A model generated the notes under the pieces. That model had not been told where the DNA came from and searched no databases. It worked only from the letters and a program-made list of their open reading frames with translations. From Octopus bimaculoides (taxonomy: Eukaryota), in assembly GCF_001194135.2 (NCBI RefSeq), contig NC_068987.1, positions 17,836,196-17,869,754 on the forward strand: a stretch of 33,559 bases of DNA, given 5' to 3'. Shown here piece after piece: positions 23,070-33,559 of the stretch. The stretch's first letter is position 1; every line of letters starts with the position of its first letter. The position numbers were made by a program, and so were the translations under genes.

Positions 23070-24440
23070 TCAAATCTCAAAAATCCATTTTAGAATTTTT
23101 CCATATAACATCTGATGGCACATTTATGCGTCTCAGTTCCAATATCTCCAGCCTGTTTAGTATTTAACTGCGTGTTGCACCATGTGCACCAATTATCACA
23201 GGAATACTTGTCTTATTCTTCCTCAGTTTCTTCATTTCTTTATCTTGTCCCCTGATAGTTCTCAATTTTTTTGATATCCACTCTATTATCATATATATTG
23301 CAATATCTAAGATCTTACTCTGTTTTTCTCTTCTCTTCTTTGCAAATGTATCTGGTCTTCTTGATTGAATAGAATGTTGTTTTTACGCAGAATTCCCATA
23401 ACAACTGTAATTAAAACTCATTATCTCAGGCTCAGGCTCGAGTTCACTCCACTTCTGTGTCACTTCTAATCCCCAAACTTGACTAACATGCCAATACACT
23501 CTTATAGAGCTGTTTTAGCGCTAGCTTACATATTTTACGCAGGAGGTGGCTATTACTTTCGCTCGCTTTTTGGCATATTCTCTATTTGCTTTCCGATGTT
23601 AACCAGTTTTACTTTTTATTTAATTTGTTCTAATGACTTGTTTCTTGAACGGGTTCCCGTTTCAGTTTTGTATCACTTAGCCAAAACTAATGTCTTTTAC
23701 TTGTAACATACTCGATTTGTTGCAAGAATTGTCTACGTAATTCATTTTCTTTCCAACTATGTCTTGCCGTTCTTTCTGTTTCTCAATTCTCCTACTGTTT
23801 CAGTAACAATTTGGATACTTATAACCGTACACGGTATTCTTCATTATGTTTTAAATCTCAATATCGTAGTACTAACAGTGTCCTCTGGCTATAACAGTCT
23901 TCTACTTCCACCCTTTCATGTTAGGTAGGGCCTGTCGATATTACTCTTAAGGCAGTACGCGTTGTGCACTGTAAGTAGCTTCCTAGCTTTTCTATCCAAT
24001 TCTTGTAACGCTATTTTAGACCACATTGGAAAATGACTAGAGCATCTCAATACTAGCATGGCCCACGCACTGATTGCCTTCGTGACATTCTCCAGTTAAT
24101 TTTGTTTCAGGTAATTTTCTAATCCGCCTCTTGTGCTCTTTCAAAACTTTCTCTTTCTTCATTACCTCATTACCTTGCACTAGCATTCGGAAATTGTCTC
24201 CTTCATTATCTCTCATCAGTCCAAAGATGTTATCTTGTTGTATATTTATACTATCAGATTTAATCTTTCGATTTCTTCCCGTAAGAGATACTGCATACTT
24301 ATTCACCTGAAACTGTATACCAATATCCACATTAAGTTTTCTGTTTGAACAAGAGAATCTAGGCCTTTTTGCTGTTGGCGTTTAACTTTAGGTCTTCTAT
24401 AAGGAGCAGGGGATTTACTTTAGCAAGCTCATATATAGGA
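23070..24440 (-). pseudogene. degraded R4/Dong-type retrotransposon ORF (RT C-terminal part, zinc-knuckle region, RLE endonuclease)
   Basis: Multi-frame translation gives KVNPLLLIEDLKLNA (cf. NHLLFMDDLKLYA), DIGIQFQVNKYA, EHKRRIRKL, ELDRKARKLLT, KGGSRRL, SWKENELRRQF, YWH..GLEVTQKW, LWEF, IQSRRPD (23350-61), ILDIA and IPVIIGAHGA in the expected order, with many stops and frameshifts. Confidence 0.82.
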
Positions 24441-24569
24441 AAGGATTTGCTCAGAAAATCTATAATCTTATTGATGCTTAAATTTCCTTTAACACGGAGA
24501 TATTTCTAAATCATATGAACCATGCTTCTTGGAATTTCCAACCAATAGCTCGCAGACTAATTTAAAGGG

Positions 24570-24780
24570 ATATTTCTTGTGTTAACACCGATAGTTAGAT
24601 ACATAGATTTGCCAGCCATTGACTCGCCAATTCAAAAATACTCACGCATACTATATATACATCAGGCTGTCTACAGTTTCTTCGTTTACGTTTCGCCTAC
24701 AAGGAATTAATCAATCCGAGGTAATGATAAATAATACTTGACAAAAGTTGTTTGCAGTCAGACAAAACCTAGAACCATCC
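24570..24780 (-). mobile_element. SINE family B, old degenerate copy
   Basis: ACACCGATAGTT...CAGTTTCTTCGTTTAC...AATACTTGACAAAAG...CTAGAACCA loosely parallels 2700-2900. Confidence 0.45.
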
Positions 24781-26427
24781 AGTGGACTGTATAGTGTATT
24801 ATATTCGTTGTTCTTGTTTAGCTAGAGGTCAGATTCACTGAACACATTTATGATGACGAAAAAGTATTCGAGCTTTCATTACTGCACTATTCTTCCTTCG
24901 AGCATTGTATATCTACAAATATATTATCTAATATACCCTTTCTTTATTTAAGACCACAGTGTATCATTTGCGGGATATTTGGCAGTTAATTATATTAAGT
25001 CAACTATCATGTAGAGACGTTCACCAAGTTTCAAGTTCCTTGAGCAAATATCGACATATTTTTATCTCATGTTTCTCTGAATTTCATTAGTTATCTTAAA
25101 GATGCTCTTAATTCCATGTTTGGAAACTCGAGTAAGATCATTTAAGAGACATTTTCTGACTCTTCTTGACAGTGATATTGTTTCACTTTAAAATTCGGGT
25201 TTTACAAACGGTTATTACAGATTTGATGCCAATGCTGACTGCTTCACATTGGAAATATAATCTATCTGTACTCCTATCGATGCTTAAATTTCTTTTAACA
25301 CGGGGAAGTTTATAGATTGTGAGCATATTTATTCATCGTATTTATATGCTTTAAATTTTTCCGATAACGAAGGATCTGGTTTCTAACAAAGAAGCAACCC
25401 TCCTTTGCTGTAATATAGAAACCACAACTATGAAGAGTTATATATTGAACTTGAAAAGACTTAGCATGTTTTTTATTGCTTCAATTACAGATTGCATTAT
25501 AAACTTGTGTGTACAGATTGTGCTAACTTACCCATCACTCTCCTTGAAACAGAAGCTTCTCGAGAATATCAATTAGACATTTACTATCATATCCAAGTGT
25601 ACTTATACTTAGAGGCACAAAATATTGATTTATATTCTGGATAGAATAACTCTACGTTTCTAAGCATTTATGCGTAAATAAACTCTTTCCCATAAATTTG
25701 AAAGAAATCTACAAATAGACAGGCCAGTTGGCTTATGTAACTATACATACTTCGTTTTTTTCTTTCTTTTTTTTGTCCCAAGCAAGTATAGAAGCACATT
25801 ATGCTTATACTTGGCACAAGTTTTGGGAATGATAAAGAGAATGTTCACCAAAATTTCTTTGTGTTGCAGCGTATACAGCAACAGTAGTATTTTCTGTATT
25901 TATCCTAGTGCATTTCTTCCTAGAGTTGCCATTGTATATTGTTTAAGCAATTAGACGTGTTATGAGAAGACGGTACCTTAAAGTTATTTTCAGCACTTGT
26001 TGTTTTGATATGTTGTATATTCTACAGAAATGTGACAATCTATATTTCCAATCACATCTTCTTAGTTTAAGTACTTCTCTGTCTATTTTATTCAGGATCT
26101 ATTCTATCGGTACCTCCTGGCATTCATAACTAGAACCGCAATTTCACAATGTAAAGTGATGTAACGTTACATTGATATCTGTCTGCATTAGCATCATCCA
26201 TCAGTTTACCTGAAACATAGCTTTGAGTAACAGGTTATGAAACGTTTATGGCATAATTAGATGTAATAATCGTTAAATTTAATTATTATAAATTATAAAT
26301 GGACACCATTTCTTAATACATAAAGCAAATTACTAAGTAATTATGCATGTATGCTTCGGCATGTGTGTGCATAATTTGTGCGTGTGATTATGGAATGCCT
26401 GCACCACACATTCGTTTCACCAGTAAA

Positions 26428-26482
<55 letters not shown>

Positions 26483-26898
26483 NNNNNNNNNNNNNNNNNN
26501 NNNNNNNNNNNNNNNNNNNNNNNNNNNNNNNNNNNNNNNNNNNNNNNNNNNNNNNNNNNNNNNNNNNNNNNNNNNNNNNNNNNNNNNNNNNNNNNNNNNN
26601 NNNNNNNNNNNNNNNNNNNNNNNNNNNNNNNNNNNNNNNNNNNNNNNNNNNNNNNNNNNNNNNNNNNNNNNNNNNNNNNNNNNNNNNNNNNNNNNNNNNN
26701 NNNNNNNNNNNNNNNNNNNNNNNNNNNNNNNNNNNNNNNNNNNNNNNNTAATTTAAATAGACACATTTTGAGTTAACATTGAACGTCAACAAAAATTATC
26801 AATCTCCATAATCGATACTATTATTGAACTATTGAGAAGTTATTGTGTCAAAATCACATCAATCCAGTATCTTTTTTGTTTTGCTTTCTCTTTTTTTG

Positions 26899-26903
<5 letters not shown>

Positions 26904-26963
<60 letters not shown>

Positions 26964-27066
26964 GAGTGAGAGAGCAGTGCATGCCATCAAAGTGACACTG
27001 GGGTAATTATAATTATAATTATTATTATTATTATTAATATTATGATTATTATTACTATTATTATTA
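26904..27066. repeat. (ATT)n tracts
   Basis: Direct repeats. Confidence 0.92.
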
Positions 27067-27077
27067 ATCGTTTTAAA

Positions 27078-27161
27078 GAGGCGAGCTGGCAGAATCGTTA
27101 GCCCGCCGGACGAAATGATTAGCGGTAATTCGTACGTCTTTAGGTTCTGAGTTTAAATGCC
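27078..27161 (+). mobile_element. SINE family A, head only (3'-truncated)
   Basis: GAGGCGAGCTGGCAGAATCGTTAGCCCGCCGGACGAAATG...GTTCTGAGTTTAAATGCC, after which homology stops. Confidence 0.82.
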
Positions 27162-27653
27162 AGAATCGAACATGGGGTGAATTGAATCGCTCACGGTTTG
27201 AGTATGCTCGGTCGATAACGTTTGCAACACTAGCGGTGCCTCTAATTTGTAATCGAATATAAGTTTACGCTGACATCGTTGGAGCAGACCAGCAAACGGC
27301 TTTTGAAGTATTTGTATATAGTCATAGAAGGGCGATTCAGTTGCCCACCCTTTACCGCTTCCATTCAGGTACGTGATGCTGATAATCCACACAAAATAGC
27401 GAAGAGAAATACAGGTATTCATCACTACTGAATGAAATTAAGAGCTAGCTGTCTCGCATGTCTATGACTTATTGGTGTTTTAACTCCCGGCACTTTGAGA
27501 GAGTCATCCATGCAGACAACGTACCGGCGAACAAGCAAAACACACGGTCGTTAATGATTACAGCACTAGCGCTGATTCTAATTCCTAATGCACACAAACA
27601 TGCGCGCGCGCACACACATACATGCACAAACACACACGTGCGCGCGCGCATTC

Positions 27654-27810
27654 AGGCGGTGAGCTGGCAGAAACGTTAGCACGCCGGGCGAAATGCTTAG
27701 CGGTATTTCGTCTGCCGCTACGTTCTGAGTTCAAATTCCGCCGAGGTCGACTTTGCCTTTCATCCTTTCGGGGTCGATTAAATAAGTACCAGTTACGCAC
27801 TGGGGTCGAT
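27654..27810 (+). mobile_element. SINE family A, young, tail absent
   Basis: Near-identical to the reverse complement of 3305-3460; intact GAGTTCAAATTCC. Confidence 0.92.
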
Positions 27811-27837
27811 ATATATTCGTTAATTCCTTATTAATTC

Positions 27838-28035
27838 TCTTACTTGTTTCAGTCGTTTGATTGTGGCTTGGTGGAGAACCGCCTTTAGTCGACCAAATCC
27901 ATCACGGGACTTATGCTTTGTAAGCCTATTACCTATTTCATCGGTCACTGTTGCCGAAGCGCTAGATTACGGTGGATGAAAACACACAAACGTCGGTTGC
28001 TAAGCGATGGTGAGGGAACCAACAGAGACACAAAT
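27838..28035 (-). mobile_element. SINE family B, 3' half
   Basis: TCTTACTTGTTTCAGTCGTTTGATTG...CTTTAGTCGACC...TTTGTAAGCC...ACAGAGACACAAA parallels 2562-2755. Confidence 0.85.
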
Positions 28036-28245
28036 ATTTGCATCACACACATATATATGAAACGTCTAGTTAGAATAGAGACAGCTGATGAATGGATATT
28101 CCAAGTGGCTTTCCGTTTTCTTATGTGTTCGTTCCGTTGTTTGTAGTTCATTGTTCTAACGTCCTGTACCCTGACATGCATATATATACACATGTAGATG
28201 TAAGTATGTACATATATGTGTGTATACATGTATATATATTCTTTG

Positions 28246-28301
<56 letters not shown>

Positions 28302-29039
28302 GCGTATAAGAAGGGATGACCAGTAGGTGGACATCCAATATGCTAGAAAGAGGTCATCAACGACCCTACCACAAAAGAAAAATCATGTTCTCCAGAAAAA
28401 AATTCAGCAAAATACCAGAGCATATTACGAAGCATTCTATTCGGCGCTCTAGCATTTCTGCTAATTCTTAGTCTATATTTAATCGTTGTAGGATAGAATG
28501 TAAATATTTGCACATGTTTGCAGTATTGTCTATGTTATTTTTGCGAGCGTATGTAACGGAATAGATACACGAATATGTAGTTTGTTCGCATCTTATGAAA
28601 CTAAAGAGTATTTTGAGGAAGCTTTGACTGATATTTTTAGCAAATTCAATGTCTGTACAGAGGCTCCTCCGCTGATGTGATATTTTATAATGTTGACGCA
28701 ATTTCTTAAGCATGCGAATTCTGACTTTTGGTGTACGTAAGCGCATGATTTTTACATTATATATATATATATGTGTGTATGTGTGTGAATGTGTGTATGC
28801 ATGTATATGCGTTTATGTGTGTGTGTTTCTGTGGATGTGTTTGTGTGTACGTGCGTTTTAATGATATTCTATAACGATCTATGTTACGTATAAAATGTTT
28901 TCTGTGTGTACATATCGATCTTTAACAGATGTTCAATAAACATTGCATTAAAATGATCGCTAGTATAAATGTTGAAAAGGTAAACATGAAAAATAAAGAG
29001 AATCGTGTTTGTTAAAGTAAAAGAAGTTGTGCGAGTAGA

Positions 29040-29305
<266 letters not shown>

Positions 29306-29789
29306 CGGAGAGAAGAAGAAATATAAAAGATGACAGTTTCTGGGAAATCGATCATATTGTAGTGTTGGAGAGGGCACGATGACAAACTCGCTTTGTGCAG
29401 ATGTTTAATTCATGGCATTTTTATGAATGTGCTTTATTTTTTTATTTGAGCAATGTCTACATTTCTGATGATATTTATGTCCAGCTTTCGACCTGCAATC
29501 TTTATCGTCGATCTTTAATCCTTGATCAACTCTGTGCGAGCAAACTTTATGCTGAAGTCGTTTTGGCCCTTGCCATCTCGCATCTTTCCAGACGCAGTGC
29601 ATCCCAGGACCAAATTCATCAAGCGAGTCATTCCTTTTTATTTATTTATTTATTTATTTAATTATTTATTTACTTTTTTAACACTAGGATGTAATTTCAG
29701 GAAGATTCGACTGCTATTTTTAGCTGGTCTGTCGATCATATATAAGCCTCCTCATTGGTGCGACATTGTGCCGTTGTACTGTAAGTGGT

Positions 29790-30120
29790 TTTGTTGTTGG
29801 CACTCTGTCTCTTACGACGTCGAGGGTTCCAGTTGATCCCATCAACGGAACAGCCTGCTCGTGAAATTAACGTGCAAGTGGCTGAGCACTCCACAGGCAC
29901 GTGAACCCTTAACGTAGTTCTCGAGGGTATTCAGCGTGACACAGAGTGTGACAAGGCTGACCCTTTTAATTACAGGCACAACAGAAACAAGAAGTAAGAG
30001 TGAGAGAAAGTTGTGGTGAAAGAGTACAGCAGGGTTCGCTACCATCCCTTGCCGGAGCCTCGTGGAGCTTTAGGTGTTTTCGCTCAGTAAACACTCATAA
30101 CGCCCGGTCTGCGCTTCCAC
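29790..30120 (-). mobile_element. SINE family C lacking the tRNA promoter region, 12-bp TSD ACTGTAAGTGGT
   Basis: Reverse complement of 22167-22552 minus about 58 nt. TSD at 29778-89 and 30121-32. Confidence 0.92.
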
Positions 30121-30751
30121 ACTGTAAGTGGTATATATACATAAAAGAATGAATGGTTCTTGATTCGGAGAGCTTTTTGTATTTCAACCTAACAAACAAA
30201 CTGCACATTCTGTAGATTTCTATAGATATACCGCAGACAAAACGATATCGTGCAAGATTCTGTAAAAAGAATCATAGCATCTTACATGGTGTTGCACATG
30301 TTGACCTGCTTGGGGATATTTTCCTTAACCTGGAGAAAATGGCATTCTACAAATTTTTTCTCCATTATAAAAGCCTCTTTCAACAATATCGGCATAACTT
30401 AGATGTCACCGTCGCAGGTTACGTGATCAAAACAATGAAAGCCATATTTTAGAAACGACTTAAGCAAATATGGTATGTTGCTTTTTTTTTCGCAATAATA
30501 CTTATATTTATCGCTTCTAAAATTTTTTATAACATCTGATGTTGCATACTGTTGCGAAACACTATGAGTTGAAAACATAAAGTGTTCACATCAATCACCT
30601 GAATGTGACACGCACCGGAGATGCCAAGAACCTTCCCTTGAACAAGGTATTTCATTTCACGCTAATTCTGTTAACTCAGCTATGTTGAGTATCGTCCATA
30701 GGAATTATGCAGCTCAGTTTACTCTTACTCCAGTTGTTATATATAAATGTG

Positions 30752-30786
<35 letters not shown>

Positions 30787-30796
30787 NNNNNNNNNN

Positions 30797-30840
<44 letters not shown>

Positions 30841-30866
30841 CTTCTAGCCATACATACATACATACA

Positions 30867-31276
30867 CAGGGGTCGGACAAAATAATGGAAACATCTACAT
30901 CATAGCAGCATAATTTTGAAATATCTGTAAAACCGTCAAAAGCTTGTTTATTTTTTATGCTTTTATGATTTATTATCAATATTGCTTAATATGCTTTGCT
31001 AAAATTAGCTTTTCTTTTCAGATATCATCAGAAAAAGGTAATTACAATTCATTAAAATGACAGATCTATTGGACTTTCAAAGAGGTCACTACAAGAAATG
31101 CAGACTGTTTTAGCTGAAGAATGGACAACAAATTCCTTTGCAATCAATTCAAACTTTGTATGAGTCCATACCTTCTTGAATTCAAGCTGCAAGTACTGCC
31201 AAAGGCGGTCCTACCCCATATTAAAAGAAATTTGTCTGAAATTTTAAGACGTTACCATTATTTTATCCAACCCCTG
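30867..31276 (+). mobile_element. internally deleted Tc1-family DNA transposon (410 bp)
   Basis: 26-bp TIRs CAGGGGTCGGACAAAATAATGGAAAC / reverse complement CAGGGGTTGGATAAAATAATGGTAAC (3 mismatches). TA follows the right end; CA precedes the left end. MTDLLDFQRG (ATG 31057) is fused to LQEMQTVLAEEWTT..PLQSIQTLYESIP..IQA..AKGGPTPY* (stop 31222-24), the N- and C-termini typical of Tc1 transposases. Confidence 0.9.
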
Positions 31277-31450
31277 TATATATACATACATACATACATA
31301 CATATATATATATATATATNNNNNNNNNNNNNNNNNNNNNNNNNNNNNNNNNNNNNNNNNNNNNNNNNNNNNNNNNNNNNNNNNNNNNNNNNNNNNNNNN
31401 NNNNNNNNNNNNNNATACATACATACATACATACATATATATATATATAT

Positions 31451-31590
31451 GGGAGAATTCACAATAAAACAACAGACGAAGACAGATGGTGTAAACAACA
31501 AATGGATGTATTAATATAACGCTCGGGAATAGAGAAAGTCGTTAACGTTTCGAGTCTACGCTCTTCAACAGAAAGGAACACACCACAGAA
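31451..31590 (-). mobile_element. hammerhead-like repeat family 2, copy 2
   Basis: Reverse complement homologous to 12490-12640; 3' end GTGAATTCTCCC followed by (TA)n. Confidence 0.82.
31541..31575 (-). ncRNA. hammerhead-like motif with variant core (CUGUUGA)
   Basis: CTTT CTGTTGA A GAGC gtag ACTC GAAA CGTT AA; AACGTT palindrome retained; U at core position 6. Confidence 0.45.
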
Positions 31591-31645
31591 TCTCCTGTCA
31601 TTAGAGGACGTATGAGAGTTTGACAAATTCTTACCGAACAACCAC

Positions 31646-31830
31646 ACAGATTATTTGCTTATCGTGATTAAACTTTTGTGTACACATAAGATCGCTCTCT
31701 CCATCAAATCAACATTCCCTGTACAGGTGCACCGTGTGTCACATGTCAGATGATGAAGTGATCGAAACACCTGGTGTGGGAATCGAACAACCGTGAGTTC
31801 ACCACCGTAACCACTAAGCTATGCGCCTTC
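31646..31830 (-). mobile_element. tRNA-derived SINE family F
   Basis: Minus strand GAAGGCGCATAGCTTAGTGG (A box) ... GTTCGATTCCC (B box), then an unrelated body; single copy in this window. Confidence 0.72.
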
Positions 31831-31832
31831 AA

Positions 31833-31868
<36 letters not shown>

Positions 31869-32332
31869 AAGACTGTTGAAAAGGTTGCAAGAAAATTTTA
31901 GGAAAATAAAAATAAGAAAGAAGTGGAAATTTTACCGGTGAGTGTGTTAAATTTTAAGGCACAATAAGAAAATGACTCTCCTCAGACACAACAGTATATA
32001 TGTATACATATATAGATATACACACGCACATATATATGCACACACAAACACACACACTCATATATATATATGTATACACACACATGCACATGCACGTCTC
32101 GTCTCTGGTTTCAGCGGAGACGCGTAAGCATATGTGCTTGTGCATGCGAATGCCTGTGTAAGTATTTTGCTTGTAAAAATATGTATTCATAGTTTGTTTA
32201 TGAATGCACATATTTTTGCAGATTATTAATCGGTCCAGCAGTAGATTGATTTTTGACGTTTTGACAACACAATGTCGGTCTGGCACTGTAGTAATTTCTT
32301 TTTATTTATTCTTATACGTATGTGCCATATAC

Positions 32333-32409
<77 letters not shown>

Positions 32410-33324
32410 NNNNNNNNNNNNNNNNNNNNNNNNNNNNNNNNNNNNNNNNNNNNNNNNNNNNNNNNNNNNNNNNNNNNNNNNNNNNNNNNNNNNNNNNNNN
32501 NNNNNNNNNNNNNNNNNNNNNNNNNNNNNNNNNNNNNNNNNNNNNNNNNNNNNNNNNNNNNNNNNNNNNNNNNNNNNNNNNNNNNNNNNNNNNNNNNNNN
32601 NNNNNNNNNNNNNNNNNNNNNNNNNNNNNNNNNNNNNNNNNNNNNNNNNNNNNNNNNNNNNNNNNNNNNNNNNNNNNNNNNNNNNNNNNNNNNNNNNNNN
32701 NNNNNNNNNNNNNNNNNNNNNNNNNNNNNNNNNNNNNNNNNNNNNNNNNNNNNNNNNNNNNNNNNNNNNNNNNNNNNNNNNNNNNNNNNNNNNNNNNNNN
32801 NNNNNNNNNNNNNNNNNNNNNNNNNNNNNNNNNNNNNNNNNNNNNNNNNNNNNNNNNNNNNNNNNNNNNNNNNNNNNNNNNNNNNNNNNNNNNNNNNNNN
32901 NNNNNNNNNNNNNNNNNNNNNNNNNNNNNNNNNNNNNNNNNNNNNNNNNNNNNNNNNNNNNNNNNNNNNNNNNNNNNNNNNNNNNNNNNNNNNNNNNNNN
33001 NNNNNNNNNNNNNNNNNNNNNNNNNNNNNNNNNNNNNNNNNNNNNNNNNNNNNNNNNNNNNNNNNNNNNNNNNNNNNNNNNNNNNNNNNNNNNNNNNNNN
33101 NNNNNNNNNNNNNNNNNNNNNNNNNNNNNNNNNNNNNNNNNNNNNNNNNNNNNNNNNNNNNNNNNNNNNNNNNNNNNNNNNNNNNNNNNNNNNNNNNNNN
33201 NNNNNNNNNNNNNNNNNNNNNNNNNNNNNNNNNNNNNNNNNNNNNNNNNNNNNNNNNNNNNNNNNNNNNNNNNNNNNATATATATATGTATGTATGTATG
33301 TATATATGTATGTATATAATTGTA

Positions 33325-33525
33325 TTACTTGCTTCAGTCATTTGATTGTGTCCATGCCAGAGCACCACCTTTTAGTCGAAGCAATCGATGCCTGGAGTTA
33401 TCTTTTGTAAGCCTGGCGCTCATTCTATCGGTGTCTTAGCCGAACCGCTATGTTGCAGGGACATCAACACACCACCATAGGTTGTCAAGCGTCGGTGGTG
33501 TGGGACAAACACAGACACAAGCTCA
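33325..33525 (-). mobile_element. SINE family B, 3' half, running into (CA)n at the window edge
   Basis: TTACTTGCTTCAGTCATTTGATTG...GAGCACCACCTTTAGTCG...TTTGTAAGCC...TTCTATCGG...GACAAACACAGACACAA. Confidence 0.87.
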
Positions 33526-33559
33526 CACACATAAATACACACACACACACACACACACA

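Noticed and set aside
28375-28752. AAAAATCATG ... CATGATTTTT as possible TIRs
   Set aside because: Only 10 bp, does not extend, and has no TSD.
30533-30566. CAT-CTGATG-TT-GCA...TGC-GAAAC-ACT-ATG
   Set aside because: The core is incomplete and there is no NUH cleavage triplet.

Overview
This is an AT-rich, microsatellite-dense eukaryotic window with 13 N-gaps totalling about 4.0 kb (about 12%). No host protein-coding gene could be recognised. The supplied ORFs are almost all simple-repeat or gap artefacts. The SINE families and repeat landscape look like an octopus (coleoid cephalopod) draft genome; this is inference from recalled repeat sequences, not a database result. Supported content: (i) at least five tRNA-headed SINE families plus a headless SINE-like tail; (ii) two remnants of R4/Dong-type RLE non-LTR retrotransposons, a young 3' end at 15.3-15.6 kb and an old RT-to-RLE fragment at 23.1-24.4 kb; (iii) an internally deleted Tc1 element; (iv) a 202-bp MITE with 51-bp TIRs and a TAA TSD. 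The most interesting signal is two short dispersed repeat families that each carry a minimal type I hammerhead-ribozyme motif with a palindromic AACGUU stem III. Family 1 occurs twice as inverted pairs around (AAT)n, which is Penelope-like architecture, and in one case lies downstream of a tRNA-type Pol III promoter with no intervening terminator. Family 2 has U at core position 6 in both copies.
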